A stretch of DNA of 64,000 nucleotides, taken from contig OZ255842.1 of assembly GCA_965277805.1 (NCBI GenBank), forward strand, positions 2,784,001 through 2,848,000. Reading direction: 5' to 3'. This stretch comes from Candidatus Lustribacter sp. (GTDB taxonomy: Bacteria > Vulcanimicrobiota > Vulcanimicrobiia > Vulcanimicrobiales > Vulcanimicrobiaceae). Shown here in pieces: positions 39,925 through 48,962 of the stretch. The position numbers were made by a program, and so were the translations under genes. Numbering within the stretch: position 1 is the first letter of the stretch; the number at the start of each line of letters is the position of its first letter. The notes beneath the pieces are model-generated. The model saw only the letters and a list, made by a program, of their open reading frames with translations. It was not told where the DNA came from and made no database searches.

Positions 39925-41262
39925 CTAGCCGGCGATGAGCGCGGCGACGTCCAGCGACGAGCGCGTCGCAAACGACGTTCGCTTCTCGCGTACTCCGTTG
40001 AGCTCGGATTCGGTCAGCAGCAATTCGTCGTCGCGCGTTCCGGAGAGACGCAGATCGATCGGCGGTTCGACGCGCGCACCGGCAAGTTCGCGCGAGAGCG
40101 CGATCTCGCAGTTCGCGATCGCCGTCGCTTCTTCGGCGATGACGGCGTCGAACGTCGACGGACCATCGACCGCGACCGTCGCAACGATCGTGAGCGAACC
40201 GCCCTCTTCGCACGCGCGCGCCGAACCGAAGAACCGCTTCGGCTTCGCCGCGACGGTGAAGTCGTTGATCGGGCGGCCTTGGGCCGGTCCCGTGCCGAAC
40301 GCGCGCGCCAGACGCGTGAGCGAATCGAGCAAGATCACGACGTCGGAGCCGAGTTCGACCAGCCGCTTCGCGCGTTCCATGACGAGTTCGGCAGTCGCGA
40401 CGTGATGGTCGGGATGTTCGTCGAAGGTGGTCGCGACGATCTCGCAGTCGATGCGCCGCTGCAGCGTCGCCGCATCTTCGGGCCGTCCGTCGATCGAGAG
40501 CACGATCAAGTGCGCGTCCGGCGCGTTGGCCAGAATTCCGAGCGCGAGCGTGACCAGCGTCGAGGTGGCGTCGACCCGCGGCGGCACGGTGACGAGCGCG
40601 CGCTGGCCTTTGCCGAGCGGCGCGTAGAGATCGAGTGCGCGCGTGGCCGGATCGCCCTTGACGGTGAGCTTCCAGCGCGACGCCGGCACCATCGCGTTGA
40701 GATCTTCAAACGAGCGGCGCGTGCGGATCGATTCGGGGTCGTAGCCGTTGACCGTCTCGACCTTGACGATGCCGTAGTACTTCTCGTTGTCTTTGGGGCG
40801 GCGGACTTGGCCCGCCACCAGGTCGCCGCGGCGCAATTCGAATCGCCGGATCTGCGACTGGCTGATGTATATGTCGTCGGCGCCGAGCAGGTAGCCCTCG
40901 CGCCGCAAGAACCCGTAGCCCTCGGGCAAGATGTCGAGTACGCCGTTCGCGTTCTCGACGCCGGAGCGCTGCGCTTGGCTCTCGAGGATCTCCGCGACCA
41001 GTTCGTCCTTCTTGATCTTGACCGGGGTCGCGATGTCGAACGTCTTGGCCAGCTCGTTGAGTTCGGCTTTGCTCATCTCGCCGAGCTGCTCGGCGGAGAG
41101 CTGCGGCGGCCCGACCGGCTGGGGGAATTCGGGTTGGGCGAAGACGTCGGCTTGCGACGGCGCGCCGTTTTCGTTGCGGTTGCGGTGGCGGCGCGAACGT
41201 CGGCGGCGCTGGCCACCACCTTCGGGGCGGCCATTTTGCGGGGGTCGATTATCGTATTGCAG
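39925..41262 (-). CDS. rho: Transcription termination factor Rho homolog with degenerate ATPase motifs
   Basis: GYGFLR, DIYISQSQIRRF, GKGQR, LLDSLTRLARA, PKRFFGSAR, SGTR; frame stays open upstream of ATG 41076 to CTG 41262. Confidence 0.88.
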   Translation of the reverse strand: MQYDNRPPQNGRPEGGGQRRRRSRRHRNRNENGAPSQADVFAQPEFPQPVGPPQLSAEQLGEMSKAELNELAKTFDIATPVKIKKDELVAEILESQAQRSGVENANGVLDILPEGYGFLRREGYLLGADDIYISQSQIRRFELRRGDLVAGQVRRPKDNEKYYGIVKVETVNGYDPESIRTRRSFEDLNAMVPASRWKLTVKGDPATRALDLYAPLGKGQRALVTVPPRVDATSTLVTLALGILANAPDAHLIVLSIDGRPEDAATLQRRIDCEIVATTFDEHPDHHVATAELVMERAKRLVELGSDVVILLDSLTRLARAFGTGPAQGRPINDFTVAAKPKRFFGSARACEEGGSLTIVATVAVDGPSTFDAVIAEEATAIANCEIALSRELAGARVEPPIDLRLSGTRDDELLLTESELNGVREKRTSFATRSSLDVAALIAG

Positions 41263-41397
41263 CGGAGTCGCTCTCTCGCGGAAGGGTGGGCCCGCATGCG
41301 TGGGGATCGACCGGTGAGGCTACCGGGATCCATCACGACGCGAAACGCCGTTAGGAACATGCCAACGTGGACGGGGTCTTACGCCCGGCAACGCAAG

Positions 41398-41408
41398 GAC
41401 TATAGCAC
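41398..41408 (-). promoter_or_regulatory. Extended -10 element upstream of rho
   Basis: TGcTATAGT on the minus strand about 140 nt upstream of the proposed start. Confidence 0.45.
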
Positions 41409-41416
41409 ACCGCAAT

Positions 41417-42070
41417 TCACGGCGACAAGGACCGCCGGCCGCTGACCGCCCGGCTTCCGCGCGCGTAAAAGCGGTGCGGACGCTCGGCCGCCTTCGTTAT
41501 ACCGATCCGTACGCTGGTCCCGATCGCCGGCGCGGCGCCGTCGTCGGCTATCACGACGCGGTCACCGGCATCGAGGTCGAGCCCGTCGAGCGCGGGCCCG
41601 ATGCCGAAGGCCCGGCAGACGTTGCCAGGCCCGCGCGCGAGTTCGTCATCGCGCAGCCCGTCGCGCCCGCGCTGACTGCGCATCCGGTCGAGACCGGTCA
41701 GCGGCTCGATCGCCCGGATCAACACCGCGGCACCGATCCCGGGCGCTTCGGTGCTGACGTTGACGCAATACGACGTACCATAGATAAGGTACACGTAGAG
41801 ATGCGCGTGCGGTTCGAACATCGCGCGGTTGCGCTTGGTCTCACCGCGATAGGCGTGCGAGGCGGGGTCGTCGATCCCGTACGCCTCGGTCTCGACGATG
41901 CGGCCGGACAATACCGTGCCGTCGTCGAGCCGGCGAATCAGCAGTTTGCCGATGAGGAAGCGCGCGAGTTCCAGCGTTTCCGCCGGAAGGTCGGCGCGCC
42001 GGAGACGTCTATGCGGCGGTGCGAAGCTGGAGCTCGGCGCGGGCGCGCCCTTCGAGATCGGCGATTTCAC
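41417..42070 (-). CDS. mpg: 3-methyladenine DNA glycosylase (MPG/AAG family); exact start uncertain
   Basis: GRIVETEAY, DPASHAYRG, YVYLIYG, AVLIRAIEP, GPGNVC, RIGI. Confidence 0.93.
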   Translation of the reverse strand: MKSPISKGAPAPSSSFAPPHRRLRRADLPAETLELARFLIGKLLIRRLDDGTVLSGRIVETEAYGIDDPASHAYRGETKRNRAMFEPHAHLYVYLIYGTSYCVNVSTEAPGIGAAVLIRAIEPLTGLDRMRSQRGRDGLRDDELARGPGNVCRAFGIGPALDGLDLDAGDRVVIADDGAAPAIGTSVRIGITKAAERPHRFYARGSRAVSGRRSLSP

Positions 42071-42431
42071 GCGGGTCGGCGCGTTCGACGCGGGCGGCCG
42101 CGAAGCCGTTGAGCGCGCAGCGCGCCTTCACGTACGGCATGCCCAGGGCCGGCGGAACGTGGGCCGGCGAAGAGAGGTCCCGCACGACCCGCTCATCGCC
42201 TACCCGCACGCGGATGCGGGCGAACCCCCGTTTGCGCAGCTCGCCGGCCAGGGCCGCAACCGCGGCATAACCGTATTCGAGGCCCCCGTAGAGAGCGAGC
42301 GGCGTGGCACTGAACGGGATCCGCATCACGCCCCGGCCGCTGCCGTTGGCGACCGCGGCATATGCGATCCCCCGGCCGGTGCCGTCGTGGGCGAAGCCGA
42401 TGAGGACGTCGGCAGCTGAATTGCGATTCAC
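42009..42431 (-). CDS. Hypothetical protein, probable degenerate RNase H-like fold
   Basis: GTG start after AGGAG; EYGYAAV..LA...G...I.V.VGD..VV..L pattern resembles small RNase HI-like proteins. Confidence 0.6.
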   Translation of the reverse strand: MNRNSAADVLIGFAHDGTGRGIAYAAVANGSGRGVMRIPFSATPLALYGGLEYGYAAVAALAGELRKRGFARIRVRVGDERVVRDLSSPAHVPPALGMPYVKARCALNGFAAARVERADPREIADLEGRARAELQLRTAA

Positions 42432-42451
42432 GTTCGGTACTCCTGATTTAC

Positions 42452-42480
42452 ATTGTAGATCGAACATACGTTCGAGTCAA
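42452..42480 (-). promoter_or_regulatory. sigma70 promoter with a LexA (Cheo-type) SOS box in the spacer
   Basis: TTGACT-17 nt-TACAAT; TCGAACATACGTTCGA (GAAC-N4-GTTC) at 42460-42475. Confidence 0.85.
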
Positions 42481-43661
42481 CGGTAGGTCTTGCTTCCAGG
42501 AGCATATTCTCGCACCGGAGTGCCAAATGTACGGCACAGTGAAACCGACTGGTAGACATTCGTGACGGATTCGGCCTGACGGGCCCGGCCGAAGCGCGCC
42601 CGGGCGGATTCCACCCCGGCCGGGTCGCGCGCGGCGCCGGCGGCGGCCGTCAGGGCATCGGCGTAGGCCTGCGGGTCGGGCGGCACGAGCCGGCCGAATC
42701 CGCCCAGCACTTCCCGGTTGACCGCCCCGTCGGCGGCGACCACCGGCAGCCCGGCGGCCAACGCTTCGGCCAGCACCAGGCCCTGCGTTTCGGTCGGACT
42801 CGGAAACACGAACGCATCGCTCGACGCATAGATGTCCGGCAGCGCCGACGGATCAAGTGCGCCGGTGAAGCGCACGCGATCGCGCACGCCGAGCGCGCTC
42901 GCGCGCCGTTCTAAACGCGCCCGATCGGGACCGTCACCCACGATTGCCAAATGCAGATCGCGCGTGCGTCCGAGCGCATCGAGCGCGAGTTCGAGATGTT
43001 TTTCTTTTGCAATGCGCGACACCGTCAACACGATGCGCGCGTCGTCATTGCCGCCGAGCAGCGCGCGCACTTCACGCGTGCGGCGTCCGGCGGCGAAGCG
43101 CTCGACATCGATCGAACTCGGCACGATCGCGATCGGAACGTGAACGCCGAAATCGCGCAAACGCTGATGCATTGCAGCGGTCGGCACGATCACCGCATCC
43201 GCACGATTGGCGAACGTGCGCGTCAGCGCCGTCAGCGCCGCGCGCGCGACGTGCGGTTCGAACGGCGCGTAGTGCGCGTACTCATCGATGCGCGTATGAT
43301 ACGTGAAGACGAGCGGAACGCGAGACCGGCGCGCAAAATTCGCACCGAGCCAGCCCGTAACAAACGGTGAGTGCACGTGCACGAGCGCTGCGCTGCCGAT
43401 GCGCTCGCGTACCGTGCGCGAGAGATACGGAACGCACAAACGATAACCGGTCGATGTCGGTAACGGCAGCGATTGCAAACGCACGATCGCATCGTTTGCA
43501 TCGCGTTCGTGTGGAAAATGCGGCGCGACGATCGTCACGCCGACGTTCACGCTTGCGAGCGCATCGCGCAGCCCATCGATGCTGGCAACCACTCCATTGA
43601 TGACCGGACGATAGCATTCCGTGAAGAATGCGACTGCGGTTGAATGTAGGGGTGCGCGCAT
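42477..43661 (-). CDS. GT4 glycosyltransferase (diacylglycerol glucosyltransferase-like)
   Basis: FTECYRPVINGV, VFTYHT, RIAKEK, ETQGLVLAEALAAG.PVV. Confidence 0.9.
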   Translation of the reverse strand: MRAPLHSTAVAFFTECYRPVINGVVASIDGLRDALASVNVGVTIVAPHFPHERDANDAIVRLQSLPLPTSTGYRLCVPYLSRTVRERIGSAALVHVHSPFVTGWLGANFARRSRVPLVFTYHTRIDEYAHYAPFEPHVARAALTALTRTFANRADAVIVPTAAMHQRLRDFGVHVPIAIVPSSIDVERFAAGRRTREVRALLGGNDDARIVLTVSRIAKEKHLELALDALGRTRDLHLAIVGDGPDRARLERRASALGVRDRVRFTGALDPSALPDIYASSDAFVFPSPTETQGLVLAEALAAGLPVVAADGAVNREVLGGFGRLVPPDPQAYADALTAAAGAARDPAGVESARARFGRARQAESVTNVYQSVSLCRTFGTPVREYAPGSKTYR

Positions 43662-43717
43662 CAACAGCTCATATATTACAAAGGTCGCATGAAGCATGAT
43701 CTGGAGCACTTGTCAAA

Positions 43718-43746
43718 TCGACACCCTTGACGACGTGTGTTATTAT
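43718..43746 (+). promoter_or_regulatory. sigma70 promoter for yabE-like gene and rsmA
   Basis: TCGACA-17 nt-TATTAT with TGn extension. Confidence 0.55.
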
Positions 43747-43873
43747 CCCCAGGTCGCGCGGCCTTGGGCTGCCGGCAAACCGACCGAGCAATCAGCTTGC
43801 TCGCTCGTCGAGTTCCCTCTAAAGGGCAGAACGGCCTCATTTATCCGGCACGCATGCATGGATAGATTATCGT

Positions 43874-44950
43874 TTGCCTCCACCAGGAAAGGAGACGGGT
43901 ATCGGACGCGACTCCGCGTCGCCGATCGCAGCTATCGGCGTCCTCTCGCTCGGGCTACTGTTGCCCTTAGGCGCTGGACCTCTCACCGACCGGGCCGTCG
44001 GCATGCTTACGAGCAGCGTCGAAGGCCAGACCAAAACCATCACGCTCGTTCGCAACGGGCAGGCCGAGCCGGTTCGCACGCGAGCCATGACGGTCAAAGA
44101 TCTTCTCAGCGAACAGAACATCGAGCGCGCGCCGGACGACGCCCTTGATGTCGACCCCTCGTCCCCGCTCTCTGACGGCGAGACCATCGCGTATCGCGCG
44201 GCCGTACCGGTCACGCTGGTGGTCGACGGGAAGACCCAAACCGTCCAGACATCCGCCGAGACCGTCGGCGAGGTTCTGGCCCAGCAAGCGGTCGCCTTCG
44301 ACGCGCATGACAGCGTCATGCCCACAGTGCCCACCGCCGTTACGGCCGACGGCACGATCCGGGTCGACCACGTCAGTTCGTGGGTCGAACGGGTGAGCAA
44401 GCCCGTCGCCCCGCCGACCGAGCACCTGATCTCGTTCAAGCTGGCCGTCGGTCACATCAAAGTCCTGAAGAACGGGACGCCGGGCATCCGCGAGATCTCA
44501 TACCGGGTCACGCGCAGCGACGACCGGTCCGAGAAGCCCCGCCACGTTCAGCTCGCCTCGCGGATCGTCCGCAAGCCCCAGCCGCGCATCATTGCGGCCG
44601 GCATCGGCGACTACAGCTCCCTCGCCGCCTTCGCGCAGCGCGGGATCGACGGGACGATCAAACTGGCCAAGGACGCCATCTCGATGGTGGCCACCGCCTA
44701 CACCGCGAATTGCTACGGCTGTTCCGGCCTGACCGCCTCCGGGCAGCACGCCGGCCACGGGATCGTGGCGGTCGACCCACGGGTTATCCCGCTCGGCTCC
44801 CACCTCTATATCCCCGGCTACGGCCAAGCCATCGCCGGTGACACCGGCGGCGCCATCCACGGCAACCGGGTCGACCTCGGCTTCAACAGCAACTCCGACG
44901 CCATGCAATTCGGACGCCGGTCTGTTACCGTCTACGTATTACACCCGTAG
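43874..44950 (+). CDS. YabE-like cell-wall protein (DUF348 + G5 + 3D domains); start may be ATC 43901
   Basis: TVKDLL and TVGEVL repeats; G5-like GTPG; 3D domain ATAYT, VAVDPRVIPLG, AGDTGGAI.GNRVD; upstream of rsmA. Confidence 0.9.
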   Translation: MPPPGKETGIGRDSASPIAAIGVLSLGLLLPLGAGPLTDRAVGMLTSSVEGQTKTITLVRNGQAEPVRTRAMTVKDLLSEQNIERAPDDALDVDPSSPLSDGETIAYRAAVPVTLVVDGKTQTVQTSAETVGEVLAQQAVAFDAHDSVMPTVPTAVTADGTIRVDHVSSWVERVSKPVAPPTEHLISFKLAVGHIKVLKNGTPGIREISYRVTRSDDRSEKPRHVQLASRIVRKPQPRIIAAGIGDYSSLAAFAQRGIDGTIKLAKDAISMVATAYTANCYGCSGLTASGQHAGHGIVAVDPRVIPLGSHLYIPGYGQAIAGDTGGAIHGNRVDLGFNSNSDAMQFGRRSVTVYVLHP

Positions 44951-44960
44951 ATAGAAGCTC

Positions 44961-45779
44961 ATGAACCCGCGGGCACTCCTGGGTGCTCGCGGGCTGCGCC
45001 CCAAGAAGTCGCTCGGACAGAACTTCCTCATGGACGCCGGCACGTCGGCCCGCATCGCGCGGCTGACGGTCGACGCACCCGGTGACCGGGTGCTCGAAGT
45101 CGGTGCCGGAACCGGCTCGCTCACCGCCGCGCTGCTCGCGGCCGGGGCCGATCTCACCGCCTTCGATCTCGACGACAGCCTGGTCGACATCTTGCGTTCG
45201 CGCGACGATCTCACGAACGTTCGCATCGAGCACGGCGACGCGCTGGATTTCGATTATGCGGAGTACGGCGGCGAACAGCCGTGGCGCGTCGCCGGCAACC
45301 TTCCCTATAACATCGCGACGCCGCTGCTGATCAAACTCGCCCAAATGGAGCGCCCGCCGGAGCGCATCGTGGCGATGATTCAGAAAGACGTCGCCGATCG
45401 GTTGCTCGCGCAGCCGGGGACCGCCGCGTACGGCAGCCTCACCGTGGCGCTGTCGGTCACGATGCGCGTCGAACGCGCGTTCAACGTTTCGCCCGGACAG
45501 TTTTTTCCGCGGCCGAAAGTCGTCTCGTCGGTCGTCGTCTTGCACCGCCTGGAGGCGCCGCTGGTCGACGTGCGCGATCGGCAACGCTTCGAACAGGTCG
45601 TGCGCGGCGCGTTCGCGTACCGCCGCAAGACGCTCGCCAACTCGCTTTCGCTCGCACTCGCACTCCCGCGTGAGCAGATCGCAGCGGCGCTGCTCGCCCT
45701 CGAATTGGACGCCGACATCCGTGGAGAAGCCCTCGATCTCCGAACCTTCGCCGCTCTCGCCGACGCGCTGGCCGGCTGA
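44961..45779 (+). CDS. rsmA: 16S rRNA adenine dimethyltransferase
   Basis: KKSLGQNFL, LEVGAG.G, NLPYNI, MIQKDVA, F.PRPKV.S, RRKTL.N. Confidence 0.96.
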   Translation: MNPRALLGARGLRPKKSLGQNFLMDAGTSARIARLTVDAPGDRVLEVGAGTGSLTAALLAAGADLTAFDLDDSLVDILRSRDDLTNVRIEHGDALDFDYAEYGGEQPWRVAGNLPYNIATPLLIKLAQMERPPERIVAMIQKDVADRLLAQPGTAAYGSLTVALSVTMRVERAFNVSPGQFFPRPKVVSSVVVLHRLEAPLVDVRDRQRFEQVVRGAFAYRRKTLANSLSLALALPREQIAAALLALELDADIRGEALDLRTFAALADALAG

Positions 45780-46476
45780 CGCCTTCGCCTGGCAGCGCTC
45801 GCTGGCCGTGCTCGTGGCGCTGGGGCTCGCGTTCTATCTCGGGCTTCGGCTCGACGCCACGATCGCCGTGTACTTGGGGTCGACGCGCCACGATTTCAGC
45901 GCGTCGAACCTCACCTGGGGCATCGCGATCGGCCAGTATGTCAGCTACGTGCCGCTGCTCGTGGTGCTGCTGATTGCGATGCCGTGGCTGAGCCGCCGGT
46001 CACTGCGCGAACTCGGACTGCGCGGCTTCGGCCGCACGACCGTGATCGCGGGCGTGCTCGGCGCGCTCGCGATGTACGTGGTGACGATCGGCATCGCGAA
46101 CGTGCAGTTTCTGATCACGCATCAGAAGCCCGAAGAAGCCGCGATCTCGCTCTTCACCTCAACCCACGACACCGCGCTGATCGTGACGTTCACGTTCTTG
46201 GCGGCCGTCGTTGCGCCGTTCATGGAAGAGTTCGTCTTCCGCGGCTTCCTCTTCAACGCGCTGCTGCGCTACATGCCGATCTGGGCCGCGGCCGTGATCA
46301 GCGGCATCATCTTCGGCGCGTCACACGGCTCGCCGAGCGCCTTTCTCCCGCTTGCCGCGAGCGGCGTCGTCCTCGCCTACGTCTACGAACGCAGCGGTTC
46401 GCTGACCGCCGCGATGCTGACCCACGCGCTCTTCAACCTCATCAACGTCGCCCTGATCTCGGTGGCGAAAACCTAA
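45721..46476 (+). CDS. CPBP (CAAX protease/Abi) family intramembrane metalloprotease
   Basis: APFMEEFVFRG, FGASH, HALFN. Confidence 0.9.
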   Translation: MEKPSISEPSPLSPTRWPADAFAWQRSLAVLVALGLAFYLGLRLDATIAVYLGSTRHDFSASNLTWGIAIGQYVSYVPLLVVLLIAMPWLSRRSLRELGLRGFGRTTVIAGVLGALAMYVVTIGIANVQFLITHQKPEEAAISLFTSTHDTALIVTFTFLAAVVAPFMEEFVFRGFLFNALLRYMPIWAAAVISGIIFGASHGSPSAFLPLAASGVVLAYVYERSGSLTAAMLTHALFNLINVALISVAKT

Positions 46477-48080
46477 CCTCCCTGGTGGGGATAGCGCCAG
46501 TCGCGGATGGGAACGAGTTGCTCCTTGATGGTGCGCGGCGACGTCCAGCGAAGCAGGTTGAGCATCGATCCGGCCTTGTCATTTGTGCCTGAAGCACGCG
46601 AGCCGCCGAACGGCTGTTGACCGACGACGGCTCCGGTGGGCTTGTCGTTGATGTAGAAATTGCCGGCGGCACCGCGCAACTGCTTCGTCGCGGCGGCCGG
46701 CACCGCAGGCTCGGTCGCAAATACTGCACCGGTCAGCGCATATGGGGTCGTGCTTACAGCCAATTCGACCGTGCGTTCCCAATCGGCGTCTTCGTAGACG
46801 AACACCGTAAGGATCGGGCCGAACAACTCGCGCGTCATGCCCTCGGAATGCGGATCGTCCGTGCGCAACACCGTCGGTTCGATGAACCAGCCTGCGTTGT
46901 CGTTGGCGGCGCCACCGCAGACGAGCTCGTCGCGGCGGTTTCGTGCGGCGGCCAGCGCGCCCGCGAGGCGCTCGAAGGCCGCGCGGTTGATGACGGCGCC
47001 GAGAAACGTGCGCGGATCGGCCACGTCGCCCATCCGCATTTCGCCGGCAATATCCGCGAGCTCGTCGCGAACGCGCGGCCAAAGGCTGCGTGGAATATAG
47101 GCTCGGGAGGCGGCGGAACATTTCTGGCCTTGATACTCGAAGGCGCCGCGCGCGAGGCCGACCACCAAGGCTTCTACGTCGGCCGAGGGATGCGCGAGCA
47201 CGAAATTCTTGCCGCCCGTTTCGCCAACCAGGCGCGGGTACGTGCTTTGCGCGTTGAGGTTATTTCCAATCAGCCGCCACAGCGAGCTGAAGACGGCGCT
47301 CGAACCGGTAAAGTGCAGACCGGCAAACTTCGGATCGGCGATCGCGATTTCAGCCGCCAGCGCGCCGTCGCCGTGCACGAGATTTATCACGCCGTCGGGC
47401 AAGCCGGCCTCGCGCAGCAGCAGCATCGTGTAGTGCGCGGACAACGCCTGACCGACGGACGGCTTCCACACGACGGTGTTGCCCATCAACGCCGGAGCGC
47501 TCGGCAAGTTGCCGCCGATCGCGGTGAAGTTGAACGGCGAAATGGCCAGCACGAACCCATCGAGCGGACGATAATCGAGCGTGTTCGTGACTTCGGGCGG
47601 CGAGAACGGCTGCTCGGCTTCGATGCGCTCGGCGAAGTAGGCGTTGAAGCGCCAGAAGTCGGCGAGTTCGCACGCGGCGTCGATTTCCGCTTGATGCACC
47701 GATTTCGATTGACCCAACATCGTCGCGGCATTGAGACGCGCGCGCCATGGGCCGGAAAGCAGATCGGCCGCGCGCCGGAAGATCGCCGATCGTTCCGAGA
47801 GTGGCAGCCCTGCCCAATCCGATGCGGCTGCAATGGCCGCGGCAGTCGCGTTTCGAATATCCCATTCGTTCGCTTGATGAACGTGCGCGACGACCAGCTT
47901 GTGATTGTGCGGCGCCGTGAGCTTCAGCACGTCCTTCGAGGCGACGTCGTGATCGCCGATCCGCATCAGCGCCTCGGCCGGCTGCTGCGAAAGCGCGGCC
48001 AGCTCGAGTCGTAACGTCTCGATTGCCGGGCTTCCGGGCGCGTAGGTCGCCACAGGTTCGTTCGCCGGCCGTTCCGTCAT
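46473..48080 (-). CDS. pruA: L-glutamate gamma-semialdehyde (P5C) dehydrogenase
   Basis: AEIDAACEL.DFWRFN, SPFNFTAI, GETGGKN, FEYQGQKCSA, NFYINDKPTGAVVGQQPFGG. Confidence 0.95.
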   Translation of the reverse strand: MTERPANEPVATYAPGSPAIETLRLELAALSQQPAEALMRIGDHDVASKDVLKLTAPHNHKLVVAHVHQANEWDIRNATAAAIAAASDWAGLPLSERSAIFRRAADLLSGPWRARLNAATMLGQSKSVHQAEIDAACELADFWRFNAYFAERIEAEQPFSPPEVTNTLDYRPLDGFVLAISPFNFTAIGGNLPSAPALMGNTVVWKPSVGQALSAHYTMLLLREAGLPDGVINLVHGDGALAAEIAIADPKFAGLHFTGSSAVFSSLWRLIGNNLNAQSTYPRLVGETGGKNFVLAHPSADVEALVVGLARGAFEYQGQKCSAASRAYIPRSLWPRVRDELADIAGEMRMGDVADPRTFLGAVINRAAFERLAGALAAARNRRDELVCGGAANDNAGWFIEPTVLRTDDPHSEGMTRELFGPILTVFVYEDADWERTVELAVSTTPYALTGAVFATEPAVPAAATKQLRGAAGNFYINDKPTGAVVGQQPFGGSRASGTNDKAGSMLNLLRWTSPRTIKEQLVPIRDWRYPHQGG

Positions 48081-48083
48081 CGC

Positions 48084-48953
48084 TTATTTACTCCCCATGC
48101 CCAACGCAGCCCGCAGAGCAAAGACCGTGTTCTCCCTGCGTTCGAGCATCCGGCGGCGAAAGTATCTCGCCCAATGTGATCCGAACGGCACGTATATTCG
48201 CACCGAATACCCGTCTTTCGCGAGCGAGCGCTGCAGATCGGGGCGAACGCCGTAGAGCATTTGGAATTCAAACGCGGTCTTGGGAATGTCGCGTTCATCG
48301 GCGAACCGGCGCAAGCGGTCGATGAGATAGGTGTCGTGCGTTGCAAATGCCGGCAAGTGTCCGCCGCCGAACAGCGCGATCGCGCATTTCAGAAAGTTCG
48401 CGCGGATCTCCGCCACATCGCGCATCGCAACGTGGGCCGGTTCGCGATAGGCGCCTTTGCAAAGACGAACGCGCATGCCCAACCTCGTTACCGTTTCGAC
48501 ATCATCGTACGTCCGATAGAGCGCCGCCTGGAGAACCGGTCCGGTATTCGAATGCTCTGCGAACGCCGACGTCACCGTTTCCAGCGTGCTGTTGACCAGC
48601 GCGGACCCTTCCATATCGACCCGGACGAACGGGTCGGCCAAGACCTCGGCGCCGTTCAGAATCGCCTCGTAGCGCCCCATCGTGCCGGCATCGCCCAGTG
48701 TCAAGCCGAGTGCGCTGAGCTTCAGCGAAAGGTTCGTCGTTTTCAAACCTTCGTTCCGGATCGACTCGATGAGCGCGAGGTAGGCGTCGCGCGTGCCGTC
48801 GGCATCAGCAGCGCTTTTGACATCCTCGCCGAGGACGTCGATGGTTGCCTTCAGGCCGTCGCCGTTCAACCGCCGAACGGCTCGAATCGCATCGTCGCTC
48901 GAGTCTCCCGCGACGAAACGCGCCGCTAATGGAAACAACAGCTGTTGCAGCAC
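48084..48953 (-). CDS. Proline dehydrogenase
   Basis: RFVAG, RVDME, RLCKGAY.E, ATHD, EFQMLYG, YF.RR..ER. Confidence 0.94.
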   Translation of the reverse strand: MLQQLLFPLAARFVAGDSSDDAIRAVRRLNGDGLKATIDVLGEDVKSAADADGTRDAYLALIESIRNEGLKTTNLSLKLSALGLTLGDAGTMGRYEAILNGAEVLADPFVRVDMEGSALVNSTLETVTSAFAEHSNTGPVLQAALYRTYDDVETVTRLGMRVRLCKGAYREPAHVAMRDVAEIRANFLKCAIALFGGGHLPAFATHDTYLIDRLRRFADERDIPKTAFEFQMLYGVRPDLQRSLAKDGYSVRIYVPFGSHWARYFRRRMLERRENTVFALRAALGMGSK

Positions 48954-48962
48954 GACGGCTCG

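Noticed and set aside
43770-43840. c-di-GMP-I or c-di-AMP (ydaO) riboswitch
   Set aside because: GGCAAAC and CTAAAGGG fragments are present, but the GNRA-capped P2 and the other conserved cores could not be found.
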